From contig CALWTK010000001.1 in NCBI GenBank assembly GCA_944384465.1, positions 20,062 through 84,061 on the forward strand: DNA of 64,000 nt. The letters are read 5' to 3'. Below, one piece after another: positions 9,093-20,857 of the stretch. This DNA is from an uncultured Clostridia bacterium (GTDB lineage: Bacteria; Bacillota; Clostridia; Christensenellales; UBA1242). Position 1 is the stretch's first letter, and each line of letters opens with the position of its first letter. The translations under genes and the position numbers were made by a program. The notes beneath the pieces are model-generated. The model did not search any database. It worked only from the letters and a program-made list of their open reading frames with translations, and was not told the origin of the DNA.

Positions 9093-12000
9093 TTAATTGT
9101 CAAGGGATGCGAAATTGAAAATATATGTATAAGTTATATTTTGAGCATCATTATCCAAGCTCACTCCTTCAAATACAATTTTTATGTTTGATTCACCATT
9201 AGATATATTGGCAATAGATATGTTAGACAAACTTGAAATGTTGATCTGATCTTCTATATCGCTTTGCTCTTCTGGATAGTATGTAGTATATACATTGTCC
9301 ATTTCTGTATCATCAACCGTTGTCAAATATATATTTACTCCTTGACTCAAATCAAACATGTCAAGTAAGAATGCAAAGTCAAAGTTCATTAATATTTCGC
9401 TAGCATTCTCATTATAATTATCTATCAATACGTCATATGTAAATACTCTATCTACGTCATTATTATTCGACAAATAAATATAAGTTGTCAAATTATTCGA
9501 GCCATTATTTGTAAAGGTCACACCAGCATATTCTTGATTGGTGAACACTAATAAATTGTTGCTATAACTCTGACGTCCCCACGCATCAAACGAAGTGAGA
9601 ACTGCTCCTACAGTATACATTACGTGAGTATAATCACTTGCTAGTGCGTCACTTTTTATAATGTTAGCGAATGGTAAATCGCACGAAACGTCGGTCGTTA
9701 AATTTGCATCCTTTATGACTCCGACCCCTGTGATATCAAATTCGCCATTAATCACAATCAGATTGTTGTTCGAATCAAGCCCCACTCTGTTGACAAGTCC
9801 ATTTTCATCCGAAGCGCCAATAGCTAACCCCAATACACGAATATAACCAATAGATGAACTAAAATCATTTCTGTTAGCGAGATAGTAGTAGAAATTCGAT
9901 AGATTTGTAAACAAATTATTCAGCGTGTCCACTGTTATACTAGTATCTTTCAGTTCAGCATTTAATGAAATATTGTTATCTAAAATATACTCTATAGTAT
10001 TAGGTATTGCGACCTGACTGCTATTTGTAACAGCGCCCGAACCACTTCCTCTATTTTTTAATGTTTCATTGCTATAATTTGATCCAACTATTCCTCCAGT
10101 ATAATAACCTAATAGATTGCCATCAAAAGTAGAATTATATACCGAACCTTCCACATTCCTACCAACAAGTCCTCCCACTGTAGGATTAGCTGTAGAAGAA
10201 GATAATGATTTGATGATATTTATCTCTGCGTTGCTGTTTTGAACGAATCCGCCCAAATTCAAACCGACCAAACCAGCTGATACATTGTTAGATCCATCAA
10301 ACAAAGTGTCAACACTTGCAATGATTGAAGAATTCGTCACAACGCCCCTGTTCTCACCTACTATACCGCCTGAATATTGACTGCCTGACAGCGCTCCACT
10401 ATTTAGATTTACCCTGACATTGTCCGCCATCACTCTTTCTCCTACAAAGCCGAAAGCTGCTCCGATTGTATCCCCCAGGACAGTGATATTACCATTTACC
10501 TCCACATCAGAAATGGTAAAATATGTAGATGTAGATAGATTCCTACTAGCATTCATGTCATATCTAGCATTGTTGTATCCATCTAATATCCCAAACACAC
10601 TGCCCGCATAATAAACGGAAATTAAATTCTCTGATGCTATCACTCCATTATTTGTAGACGTGTATATAGAATAACTATAACTGCTAGAAGCGCGCGTACT
10701 GTTTGCTCCGACATTGCTCGTAATCTGTTCTATGTCAAACTCCCCACGGACAAGCCCAGCAACACCGCCCACTGCATTACCGCCAACTACTATCACTCCA
10801 GATGCGTCTAAATCAATGTTGTACAGATTGAATCCCTCTACAATTCCTGCAAGACTACCGACTGCTTGTGTTTTAGTTGCCAAGACTGAAGAGACACTTA
10901 TATCTAAATTCCTTACAGCGTTGGTAATAGATATATCATCTGCTGAGATCATCTCTTTGAATAGACCTATAGCGTCAAGACTAGAAGAAGAGTAAATCAT
11001 TAGCCCTGTCAAATCCATGTTGTTGCCCTGTATGTTACCCATGAACGACAATGTACTTGTGTTTGGATTTCCATACATTGATGAAAAGTCTATATCCGCA
11101 ACCAGTCTGAAATAATCTTCTGGATTGTTCATAAAATAATTATTCCAACTAGTCAAATCATAAATGACATAAGGATTGTCTTTGGTCCCGTAATTTCCGT
11201 TAATAATCTCATAACTATAATTATAGGTAATATGTCCATCTTCATCTACGACTTCTTCACGGTGCACCACTATGTTTCGCAGTCCATAATACATATCCTC
11301 GCTAGGCTCGCTCGTGCCAGTGTATTCAACTATCTCCAAGGTGGATACCAATTTTGGCAGAGCGCCAAGGGTCATAGTCCATACCGCGCTCTCGTTATCT
11401 CCGAATGTAAATCCTCGATAAGTGTCCTTAAGATACATATTAGATATGCTGACTGTAGTCAAATTCTCGATTCTATTATTATATCCGCTAGGGATTAACA
11501 TAATTTCATAAGAAGAAGTGATCCCTGTAGTATTGGCAGGCGCGAACATATTTACTGTCGTTAACCTCATGACCCCTTGATTGATATATGTATAGCAATT
11601 ATTTATGCTTCCCTGATTTGTCTGAACAAAACCAGAGAAGGTATTGTTGTTGGCACCTAACATTAGCATGTCTACATAACAGTCATATATTGAATTAGTA
11701 TTGTTGTATACGAACCCTGCAGATATATCTTTGGCAGATATGTTACCTATAGTTATAGCGGTCAAAGCTGTAGTCTCCACATCTACAAAACTCATAGATA
11801 TTTCGCCCGAATTGTTGACAACAAAGCCACCGATTTCAATCAAACTAGTCGTGACTATATTGTTGTTGTAGCCATAGATCAAGCCGGTAAATGAACTTGA
11901 CGCAATCTTGCCCGCATTTGAATACACTAGTCCACCTATGTTCGCCTGTGCGTACATCTCAATGCTGCTACTAGAATTAGTAATAAATGCTGACGAATTG

Positions 12001-15000
12001 TTTTGACACACCAAACCGCCCATATAGAAGTCTATCGCATAGCCAGAGATTCTATCTTCAACTGTGGACGCATGAATTGCTATTTGTCCGCTTGTAGAGC
12101 AGTTCGTAATAATACCATTGTTGACTGGAGTAATCCCACCGAAATATACTGCTGAATAGTTCACATCCGGATTTGTGCATAGATCCGCATAATCTATGAT
12201 AAAAGATGTCGTACCAGTCCGCACGTTCCCGAACGAATATTCGCCTATTCCTTCATTGACGGAAGAATATTTAACTTCCAAATTCATGATTACCATACCT
12301 TCACTGACCTGTCTAAACAGCCCAGCATATATAGTTTCTTCATCGAATTCAGCAAAACTTTCAATGGTGATAGTGTGCCCATTGCCATCAAAGACTTTGA
12401 ACACTATATCTAGCGGGGTATAATCTCTGAGCACTAAGTCTCTACCTAGAATATAATAAGTATTCTCACCCGCCGCCATATTCAAGAAATCTTCTTCATC
12501 CTTTATGAGTTCTGCTTCTTCGAACGTGTTTGAATTTACAAAATTAAGAATATAAGAGTAACTATATACAAGGTAAGGGGCGTCACTACTCTCATTTGAA
12601 ATATTGTTGGTGACATGCTCATCCGGACTCTCTATAGTCCAAGTGTAACTATCGGTAAGCACCAAATTAAAGTCAACATGCAAGAAGGTGTCCCTGTTCC
12701 CAGTATTTACTCTTAACACGTTTCCTGTGAGCGAAATCGTCTCGTTATCAATACCTTGACTATTATACAGATATAGATATCCATCCACATTTTCGTTCAA
12801 GGCACGCAAAATTGCATTTATCCTACCTAAGGTGGTAGACGTGTCTGTATTCGAACTATCAAATCTATACTCTCTATCCCAGAAGCCCTGATTGTACACA
12901 CTGATATCAGTATCTCTAAAGTAAAATTCAAGTGTAACATCTGTAGAATAGTCTCCATAGATTTCATCCGCACCTGACGCATTCACCCTACTATGTGTCA
13001 CGCTGACATCGTGGACAATAAACTCCACTATCTCAAATGTGATGACTATTTCCGCCCTCTCATAATCGCCATTTTCTAGCGTCGCCGTGGTAGCCAAGCC
13101 CAGAGTGAGCGTGCCGCCCAACAAAGCTTCATTGAATCTAACTGCATACAATGTATAGAAGCCGTTCACATCTTCCACTAAAGCAAAATAGTCGTTGACA
13201 TTTATACTCGAGTCCACTCCGGAAATTGAGAATTCTGTTATCTCGACATTCCCATCCGAATTGCTTGTCTGAATTCGCAAATTCGTGTCCACACCATTGG
13301 CAATATAATATGCATTCACGCTAGAAGTACTATCGAATGTCAAGCCCACTTCACCATTTGGTTTCAAAATATCCACATTGATAGATGGTAACATCTTAAC
13401 ATCAATATTGTAATAGAATGTACTACCCACCTGTGTGCCGTCATCAAGATATGCAGACACCCTAATCCTATGTATCCTAGATGAATAGGTACTGCTGATC
13501 ATAGTTGATACATAGAACCTGCCTTCTTCAGTATTATCATATTTCAACAATTGAATTCCTGTTCCATCACTTGAAGGATTGTCCATATTGGACATTCTAG
13601 CGCCAGCAACGCCATCAATTTGAGCGAATATGATCTCTTCACTGCCCGTGACATCGCTAATTTCTAGATAATCAAAATACCCATTGATAGGTGCAATATC
13701 TATGATTATCAGTCCTTGCCCAATAGGACGCAATACATCACTTCTAGATATCAATCCCATATCATAATCGTCATAGATATAGTTCTTTATCTCTATAGAG
13801 TTGATACGTTGTGGAAGAAGTGTGAATTCTGCACTGGCATTTATCCCGTTAGCCAACTGGAAATAAACTGTCATCGTACTTTTATCGTCAATGTTCGCTT
13901 TGTCCGCAAAAATCACTCTATAATAAACAGTTTGAATCCCGTTCTCATAATCGTCATATTCAATCAATTCAATATAATCGGTTAGGTTATCCACCTGTGT
14001 GCCATCAATTCCAATCATGCCAACCAAAGCAGACAATTCTTCTTCGCCCAATTTTAAGTCAGTCTTGATGTAGGCAGTGATTGTGGTCGTATCATTAGGG
14101 TACAGTATGACTGAGTCATAGTTGATAGATATGTCACTTGCTCCCCTGCTGGTCACAATGGCGAAATTTATTGTCACCTCTTCATAATAGACTATCACTT
14201 CCGACCCGTTATAATTCACTACTGTATAAGGTCGCACTTCCACTGAAAAACTCGAGCCTTCTAGATGTTGCAATACAGATATGCTGAATGATGTCTCAGG
14301 ATTGAGCCTTACTGTCATACTATTATTTTCAGTTTCATTAGTCATGCCACTGACGTTCAAATATTCGCCTATGTTGATATTTGTTTCGCTAGCAATCGAA
14401 ACTATCACTTCTAGATAAGTATCATCTGTCCTATAACTATAATCTATGCCCTGATAAGAGACACTGCCTGTGTTTATTATATAGAACTGTTTGCCAGAGT
14501 CTTTGACTATATTTTGTGTTGTCCCATTAATATTACCTGAAATGTCTGACGCACTATCACTTATGACAAAATCCTCTCCATATGCACGTGAAACATCGAT
14601 TGTGATTGACGCTCTAATTGCTTGATTTAAAATGGATATGAAAGTCAATTCGCACTGCCCAACGCCGTTCACTATTATTCTGTCTCCAGACACACCAATT
14701 ACAGAGCTATTAGAAGATTGCATATAAATTCTGATAGACTCCAAACTCTCAGGCTGATAAGTAAATGATACCAATTCTTTGATAGAATATGTGTTGTAAC
14801 GTTCTATCAATTCATTTAAAATTGCGACATAATTTTCATCCGTTGTGTCGAGCACAAAATCATAATAATTCAAATGCAAAACAGTATTGAAACTTTCATC
14901 TATAGGGTCAAGTACAACTGCATCAATTTCGGTCGGAGCTAATTCAAACAAGGTATTGCCATTCTCATCTTTTAGATAGATATATCCGCCATTAATATCG

Positions 15001-18000
15001 CTACTATATCCCCAGATTTGAGATTCGCCCGCTGAATTTAATGTCATTTCATGAGCATCGCTAAAACTACCGATATTTAGCTCTGTCCCATTATCGATGA
15101 CAACCGAGTATACATAGTTATATAATGAATTTCCTAAATTGTCCAATGCGAGATTTTGAGTAGATACTGCATCGCTAGAATAATTCACGTCACCATCCAT
15201 CCTGCCCATAAAATAAGCGTATAAAATGAGTGCACTGTTTTCTTCAGTTGAGACAAGTCCCGCCATGTTGGCTCTTTGTACTCCATTGTCCGCCTGAATA
15301 TATGCATTCACACTGCAATTTAGGATAGACAATGCTGAATATGACCCACCATCTTGCACATTAGAGACGTTAGTCACTCCTGCACCAATCAGACCAGAGA
15401 CAAAATTCTCTCCCGCTATATCAGGCGTACCATTCATGACTTGAGAATAATCACTGATGCTATAATCTTCATTCAGTTGACTATAATCCCACTTGTAGCT
15501 CATCACAGAGCAATATGTAAAGTATCCATAGATTGAATATCCCGCAATACCGCCTACATATTGATTTCCTGCCACACCATGCTCCATACTGGTCAGTATT
15601 TGATAATGACAATCTCTATATATACCGCCATCATCATATCCTACAATACCGCCTACATAATTTTGACCACTGACAACTACTGCTGACGTGATGCCTGTAT
15701 GATAATATACTCCTAAATTATTGCTGATTCCTATCAGTTGCCCCACATTAATAGTTAGTGTTACATCCGTATTAGGCGTCTGATTTTTACCAATTGCGCC
15801 ACCGACATTGTTGTGAGACGCTTGAATTGTCCCTATTACATAACCATTTTGTATTCGTCCAGAATAGTTCTCCCCGTCTATAGTAGTCTCTGCGTTGAAA
15901 CCTACCACTCCACCCACGCTAGAATCTGCACTTGTCAAATGGGAGACAATATCAACTACTGAAATTGCGCCTTCGTTCGCAACATATACACCAAATTCAA
16001 TATTGTCATTGGTGAGCAACGAATGATCAGCGTTTGTTGATACACCCGCACCTGTTCTTTCAATCAGACCATAATTCTTTCCAACCAGTCCACCAAAATT
16101 CACGACCGCATCGCCGTTTAATGTGATAGACCCACTTGCCCCAATTACACTACTGGAAGTGTATAGAATATCTGCATAATTTATCCCAACAAGGCTACCG
16201 AAGTTATACTCTGGCAATGCCGTGCCATTATATAGATTCGCGCTACCTGAATAATTGATGTTGATATTTTCTAGCATGCCGTAATTTATATCAATCAGAC
16301 CAAGATTCGCTGATGCGGTAATATTTGTCGTATTGCTATTTTCTGGTTCATTGAATGAATAATTGTATGAAACATTGAAATTGATATTAGACAATGTCCC
16401 ACTAAAATTAGTGAACAGATTTGGATTACTGCCGTCCAACGTTATTCCATACAAAGTATAAATATATTCACTATTAGAACTAGAATATGTAGAGATTTGC
16501 CCACTGAAATTGTCAATCACGCGCGGACCAGTGTACGAAGTATTCATGAGATCCACATTAGTCATCAATCTATAGTACGATGCTTTCATTTGTTCAGTGC
16601 TGTTGATGTCCCAAAAATCATTAGCGTCATTAATTATGAAAGGATTTTCTTCTGTCCCGTCAGACAAATAGAGATTTATGACCACATACGCATCCAAATA
16701 TGCGTCTTGCAATTCACCCGTTTCATTCAGGATAAAGCTCGAGATATTGTCAAAACCAACGGTTGATGCATCTATAATTTGATTTAAAACATCCTTCGCA
16801 AACACTATCAATCTCAAGTTTGAAGCATTGGAAATTGTCTCACGTACTGTCAAGGTATGATTGTCATTGTCAATGATTATGCTGTTGTTGTTTTGATTGC
16901 CATAATTGTTGACAACGACCATGAAAATATCCGGTTTGGTGACCGTGCCTAAAGGTGAATAATTCTCCGCCGTCAACGTATACGTCTCACCCGCTTTTAA
17001 ATCCAAATAATACTCTTGATTCAAATCATCAGTTATGTTTACATCGCTTGTGATTGTGACGCTCTGCGTGATGATAGGTCGTTGAACAGTCACAAGGCAA
17101 CGCAAAGTATATATCGTATTGAATTGTACAATCTCTGCATAGATATCTTCTCTATAACTATCAGTTGATTGATTGTTGCCTGTGAATGTCAGACTAATGC
17201 TGTTATCCGTCTGCTCATCCGTCCTAATCCTTTCGCCATTTTCGGTATACCATACCACTCTATAATCTTCATTTTGGACACCTATGTTGAACGACTCAGC
17301 TTGCGTGCTCATTTGGGTATAATTCCATAAATTTTCATCACTTATGCTAATCTGCAAAGTTGCCTTTGAGTCGTCTTTATTGTACGCTCCGAGACTGGAC
17401 TCCACATATCTAACTAGACTTGTATTATTGATTGTCAAATCATCTTGACCAATTTCTTCATAAATGAAGAACGATAGGACGACAGTGACATCTTCATATC
17501 CGTTAGGTGTGATTATGTCCGAATAGTTTTGTACCCGCACAGTGAAGCTGACATTGATATAATTGTTGGTATCATTAAAATATGTCCCGTCCAAGAATGT
17601 CAATAGCACTCTGTTCCCTTGTGGCTCCAACCTGATATAATCACTGGATGACGCACTGACAATTCCATCAAAGATTGAACTATAATTATATTCTACTATA
17701 TAATTATTATTAAATACATTATCTACTAATAGTTGTACATCTATGGTTTGATTTGAAGCGACAATGTAATCTGCTTCATAGCCTGGGAATTTGTAACTCG
17801 TCTCAATATTTCCATCATTATTTGTTTGGACAATATTGTTGATTACTCTATCATTTTCTGGTATTACACATTCTATATCGTCAGTGCTTAACTGCTGATA
17901 TACATACGCTATTATTTCTTTTGTATATCCATTGGAATGTCTAAAGGTTATTCTATATTCCCCCACGTCCGTTTCACTATTGAATAGCAGTAAGATGGCA

Positions 18001-20051
18001 TTATTTACCGCTCCTGTAGAAGAGAATTGATATTCAATATTTGAACTACCTTGAACCAGATTTCCGCTTGTGTTGTACTTCCCGTTCGCGTCACTGGAAG
18101 CGTATTGTTTTACTGTCAGTGGATTATCCTGCCCGCCAGTCACTGTCACGCTAAAACTTGCTGACGTCACAGTTTTATCCATATATCCCACGATGTTATT
18201 TTGAGCTATGTATAACAAATATGTATGACTATCGGCGTTGTCCTGCCCTTGCAATCTGTTTAAATAAACAGTATCAACAGCATAGCCTACCCCATTGTTG
18301 TCCACATATATGTCTTCCCTATATGACGTGGAACCCTGTACTTGCATCAAATAACCCGCATTGACATCCATGCTGCTCACGCCGTCCTGCCTATTGAAAT
18401 TCAAGGAAACAGTAGTCCCAGATATATCTTCTAGATAAAGTATATCCCCTGTATAGAAAGTTGATATGTCAGCATTCAGTGGACGATCATCTATATAATT
18501 CGTCTCTACATAGCGGATATAAATATTGTTTAGACTAGTGATAGGTTCAGACACAAATTTTAGTAAAGTTGTATCAAAATAAAATCTCAAAGGTTGACTA
18601 TCTAAATAAAATTCCAATACATATCTACTATTTCTGTAGAAATACTCTACATTTCCTAACACATAAGAATTGTCCGTGACAAGTGTAGTGAAAGTATTGT
18701 CAGAATATATTCTATTCACCCCTTCATACTGACCATTGACAAGGATATATGCGTTCAACACTTCGGTTGATACTTCTAGTCTCATGCTTTTCATGTCGTT
18801 TAGACTATATTCAACGACAGGATTAAAATTGAACAACGCACCCAAAGCACTGCCACTGGTCACATAATAGTCGTACAGGTCTAGGCTCTCATCCGTATCT
18901 ATCACTTCACCTTGCATGCTCACTTCAATATTGTTGGGTTTGACCTCGCACTTAATACGAACAATGAATTCGATTGTGTATATATCTCCCACACAATTTT
19001 TTGGCACCAATTTTATCTTTGCTTCAACCGGATTTTCAGAGTAAGCATTGGCTTGTATAATATATTTGTCATTTGACTGCCCAACAAAAAGATACGTCTC
19101 GTCAACATCTATGTCGACATTATAATATTGTAGATAGTCATCTATGGCCAACAATTCTTCATCCTGACGGTATCCTATGGTGAATTGAAAATTGTTGTAA
19201 TTATACATTTGACCATCTGACGCTGTATTCTCAGTATAATCATTCGCTATTAGATAGATGATATCATCATTGTTTATATATTGTTGATGATATGAGTCCG
19301 TCTCTATCTCAAATTCTTCCAGCACATTTATGAATTCAAAGGTGACAACGGCGTTTGGATACTCTGTATTCTCATAGCCACCCATAACAGTAACAGGATA
19401 TAGTGAGAGTGTAGAACCTTCAGCGACACCGCTCCCAACGACAAAACCAGTTATTAATTCTTCGCCATCTATTGTCTCTGTGATATATTCTACATTGTTG
19501 ATTGTCTGCCCTGTTGATTTAAAATAGACTTGATCCGTGCTCCCAGCAGGTGAAAGAGCTACTATCTCGTTGGATTTAATGTAGACATTTTGAGATTCTT
19601 CAGATGGGACATCCACAATGTAGGCGTCCCCAGAAGTTTTAAGTGAAGAAGATTTTCTACCAATATTGAGATTGATCCCCGCGGTCCTACCAGTAGTCAT
19701 GTGAGTGACCACAATTTGTCCATTCCCACTCATGTTCGCATCTACTGTGAAATAATATGTATCATCCTGCAATTCCAAATTTGAAATTGTAGCTAACTCG
19801 TTAGGTGAGGATTGAATAGAGATGTTACCTATGTTGCTTTCACTAATGCCCTCAAATTTGACACCCAACCTTTGAGTAGCATTTGCTTGTTCTACAGAAG
19901 AATCAATCACTAAATTCACTTCACTGATCTGCTCACCAGACACAGAATAAAATGACATATTTAAATTTGAATAATCATCACGGCAAGCAGAAAAAACCAC
20001 GCATGAAAACAGCGTAAATATGATCAATGCTAACGTATAAAATTTCTTCAT
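9093..20051 (-). CDS. Giant 3652-aa acidic surface lipoprotein with GLUG-type repeat modules
   Basis: Lipoprotein signal MKK...FSAC. Three modules (GTEENPFII..YYRL, FDGNGHTI, GTKDNPYVI..YFRL) each followed by (N/Y)VGG(I/L)VG GLUG motifs. Beta-rich spacers. AGGGGAG RBS. Confidence 0.8.
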   Translation of the reverse strand: MKKFYTLALIIFTLFSCVVFSACRDDYSNLNMSFYSVSGEQISEVNLVIDSSVEQANATQRLGVKFEGISESNIGNISIQSSPNELATISNLELQDDTYYFTVDANMSGNGQIVVTHMTTGRTAGINLNIGRKSSSLKTSGDAYIVDVPSEESQNVYIKSNEIVALSPAGSTDQVYFKSTGQTINNVEYITETIDGEELITGFVVGSGVAEGSTLSLYPVTVMGGYENTEYPNAVVTFEFINVLEEFEIETDSYHQQYINNDDIIYLIANDYTENTASDGQMYNYNNFQFTIGYRQDEELLAIDDYLQYYNVDIDVDETYLFVGQSNDKYIIQANAYSENPVEAKIKLVPKNCVGDIYTIEFIVRIKCEVKPNNIEVSMQGEVIDTDESLDLYDYYVTSGSALGALFNFNPVVEYSLNDMKSMRLEVSTEVLNAYILVNGQYEGVNRIYSDNTFTTLVTDNSYVLGNVEYFYRNSRYVLEFYLDSQPLRFYFDTTLLKFVSEPITSLNNIYIRYVETNYIDDRPLNADISTFYTGDILYLEDISGTTVSLNFNRQDGVSSMDVNAGYLMQVQGSTSYREDIYVDNNGVGYAVDTVYLNRLQGQDNADSHTYLLYIAQNNIVGYMDKTVTSASFSVTVTGGQDNPLTVKQYASSDANGKYNTSGNLVQGSSNIEYQFSSTGAVNNAILLLFNSETDVGEYRITFRHSNGYTKEIIAYVYQQLSTDDIECVIPENDRVINNIVQTNNDGNIETSYKFPGYEADYIVASNQTIDVQLLVDNVFNNNYIVEYNYSSIFDGIVSASSSDYIRLEPQGNRVLLTFLDGTYFNDTNNYINVSFTVRVQNYSDIITPNGYEDVTVVLSFFIYEEIGQDDLTINNTSLVRYVESSLGAYNKDDSKATLQISISDENLWNYTQMSTQAESFNIGVQNEDYRVVWYTENGERIRTDEQTDNSISLTFTGNNQSTDSYREDIYAEIVQFNTIYTLRCLVTVQRPIITQSVTITSDVNITDDLNQEYYLDLKAGETYTLTAENYSPLGTVTKPDIFMVVVNNYGNQNNNSIIIDNDNHTLTVRETISNASNLRLIVFAKDVLNQIIDASTVGFDNISSFILNETGELQDAYLDAYVVINLYLSDGTEENPFIINDANDFWDINSTEQMKASYYRLMTNVDLMNTSYTGPRVIDNFSGQISTYSSSNSEYIYTLYGITLDGSNPNLFTNFSGTLSNINFNVSYNYSFNEPENSNTTNITASANLGLIDINYGMLENININYSGSANLYNGTALPEYNFGSLVGINYADILYTSSSVIGASGSITLNGDAVVNFGGLVGKNYGLIERTGAGVSTNADHSLLTNDNIEFGVYVANEGAISVVDIVSHLTSADSSVGGVVGFNAETTIDGENYSGRIQNGYVIGTIQASHNNVGGAIGKNQTPNTDVTLTINVGQLIGISNNLGVYYHTGITSAVVVSGQNYVGGIVGYDDGGIYRDCHYQILTSMEHGVAGNQYVGGIAGYSIYGYFTYCSVMSYKWDYSQLNEDYSISDYSQVMNGTPDIAGENFVSGLIGAGVTNVSNVQDGGSYSALSILNCSVNAYIQADNGVQRANMAGLVSTEENSALILYAYFMGRMDGDVNYSSDAVSTQNLALDNLGNSLYNYVYSVVIDNGTELNIGSFSDAHEMTLNSAGESQIWGYSSDINGGYIYLKDENGNTLFELAPTEIDAVVLDPIDESFNTVLHLNYYDFVLDTTDENYVAILNELIERYNTYSIKELVSFTYQPESLESIRIYMQSSNSSVIGVSGDRIIVNGVGQCELTFISILNQAIRASITIDVSRAYGEDFVISDSASDISGNINGTTQNIVKDSGKQFYIINTGSVSYQGIDYSYRTDDTYLEVIVSIASETNINIGEYLNVSGMTNETENNSMTVRLNPETSFSISVLQHLEGSSFSVEVRPYTVVNYNGSEVIVYYEEVTINFAIVTSRGASDISINYDSVILYPNDTTTITAYIKTDLKLGEEELSALVGMIGIDGTQVDNLTDYIELIEYDDYENGIQTVYYRVIFADKANIDDKSTMTVYFQLANGINASAEFTLLPQRINSIEIKNYIYDDYDMGLISRSDVLRPIGQGLIIIDIAPINGYFDYLEISDVTGSEEIIFAQIDGVAGARMSNMDNPSSDGTGIQLLKYDNTEEGRFYVSTMISSTYSSRIHRIRVSAYLDDGTQVGSTFYYNIDVKMLPSINVDILKPNGEVGLTFDSTSSVNAYYIANGVDTNLRIQTSNSDGNVEITEFSISGVDSSINVNDYFALVEDVNGFYTLYAVRFNEALLGGTLTLGLATTATLENGDYERAEIVITFEIVEFIVHDVSVTHSRVNASGADEIYGDYSTDVTLEFYFRDTDISVYNQGFWDREYRFDSSNTDTSTTLGRINAILRALNENVDGYLYLYNSQGIDNETISLTGNVLRVNTGNRDTFLHVDFNLVLTDSYTWTIESPDEHVTNNISNESSDAPYLVYSYSYILNFVNSNTFEEAELIKDEEDFLNMAAGENTYYILGRDLVLRDYTPLDIVFKVFDGNGHTITIESFAEFDEETIYAGLFRQVSEGMVIMNLEVKYSSVNEGIGEYSFGNVRTGTTSFIIDYADLCTNPDVNYSAVYFGGITPVNNGIITNCSTSGQIAIHASTVEDRISGYAIDFYMGGLVCQNNSSAFITNSSSSIEMYAQANIGGLVYSNAGKIASSSFTGLIYGYNNNIVTTSLIEIGGFVVNNSGEISMSFVDVETTALTAITIGNISAKDISAGFVYNNTNSIYDCYVDMLMLGANNNTFSGFVQTNQGSINNCYTYINQGVMRLTTVNMFAPANTTGITSSYEIMLIPSGYNNRIENLTTVSISNMYLKDTYRGFTFGDNESAVWTMTLGALPKLVSTLEIVEYTGTSEPSEDMYYGLRNIVVHREEVVDEDGHITYNYSYEIINGNYGTKDNPYVIYDLTSWNNYFMNNPEDYFRLVADIDFSSMYGNPNTSTLSFMGNIQGNNMDLTGLMIYSSSSLDAIGLFKEMISADDISITNAVRNLDISVSSVLATKTQAVGSLAGIVEGFNLYNIDLDASGVIVVGGNAVGGVAGLVRGEFDIEQITSNVGANSTRASSSYSYSIYTSTNNGVIASENLISVYYAGSVFGILDGYNNARYDMNASRNLSTSTYFTISDVEVNGNITVLGDTIGAAFGFVGERVMADNVRVNLNSGALSGSQYSGGIVGENRGVVTNSSIIASVDTLFDGSNNVSAGLVGLNLGGFVQNSNAEINIIKSLSSSTANPTVGGLVGRNVEGSVYNSTFDGNLLGYYTGGIVGSNYSNETLKNRGSGSGAVTNSSQVAIPNTIEYILDNNISLNAELKDTSITVDTLNNLFTNLSNFYYYLANRNDFSSSIGYIRVLGLAIGASDENGLVNRVGLDSNNNLIVINGEFDITGVGVIKDANLTTDVSCDLPFANIIKSDALASDYTHVMYTVGAVLTSFDAWGRQSYSNNLLVFTNQEYAGVTFTNNGSNNLTTYIYLSNNNDVDRVFTYDVLIDNYNENASEILMNFDFAFLLDMFDLSQGVNIYLTTVDDTEMDNVYTTYYPEEQSDIEDQINISSLSNISIANISNGESNIKIVFEGVSLDNDAQNITYTYIFNFASLDN

Positions 20052-20204
20052 TTTCTCCCCTATTTTTAATTTAACCTAAAATGCTTAAAATATTTTTATA
20101 AATAAATATAAATTATTATAAATAATAATAATTATTTTTGTCAAATAAAAATGAAAATAATCATAAATAAAAAATAACCAAATATAAATAATTAAAGGGA
20201 CAAT

Positions 20205-20480
20205 ATGGAAAATATAGAAAAAGAAAAAAAAGAACAATTAATAATACTTAGCAACAAACAAAATCTCTCAGTATCCGGCACGAATAAGATAATCAGTTTG
20301 AAACCTGAGTTAATACAACTAGATACAGTCTATGGTGGATTGATTATCAGCGGTGAGAAATTGGAACTGGTAAAACTGGACAACGCGACCACTCGAGCAG
20401 AGATTAATGGAAATATAAATGCTATAAAATTTTTGCAAGAAAAAGACAAGGAACCATTTTTTAGGAAAATTTTTAAATGA
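20205..20480 (+). CDS. yabP: Sporulation protein YabP
   Basis: YabP/YqfC-like sequence (LSVSG...LDTVYGGLIISGEKL) and order with yabQ, divIC. Confidence 0.8.
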   Translation: MENIEKEKKEQLIILSNKQNLSVSGTNKIISLKPELIQLDTVYGGLIISGEKLELVKLDNATTRAEINGNINAIKFLQEKDKEPFFRKIFK

Positions 20481-20857
20481 TTTTCAGCTCATTAAATCAA
20501 GTGAATTGTTTTCTTCTATTTTTATTTTGTGGAATTATTTTGGGACTTATTTCGCAAATATTTTTCACTTTAACTTTAAAAAAATATCAAAAAATTTATT
20601 TAAAAATTATTTTTGACACCATTTTTTATGCGTTTTTTAGTATAATTTTCTGTTTTTTAATAAATTTTTTCAATTTTGGACAATATTCCTTTGCTCTAAT
20701 CTTGTCATATGTGCTAGGCTATATTTGGATAAAAAATATAGACAAAAATTTGATTGTCTTTTTAGAAACTAAATGGTATAATATTATAAACAAATTTACT
20801 ACACATCTAAAATTGAGGCATAAGGATAGACATGGAAGGAAACAAAAAAAGAGTTAA
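20477..20857 (+). CDS. yabQ: Spore cortex biosynthesis protein YabQ-like
   Basis: Small multi-TM protein overlapping yabP stop (ATGA), ..GIILG..IIFD.. pattern, synteny. Confidence 0.65.
   Translation: MIFSSLNQVNCFLLFLFCGIILGLISQIFFTLTLKKYQKIYLKIIFDTIFYAFFSIIFCFLINFFNFGQYSFALILSYVLGYIWIKNIDKNLIVFLETKWYNIINKFTTHLKLRHKDRHGRKQKKS

Noticed and set aside
9661-18364. Numerous 60-110 aa antisense ORFs inside the giant gene (likewise within virB4, virB6-like, mfd and metG)
   Set aside because: Fully nested opposite well-supported genes, no RBS or recognisable motifs.
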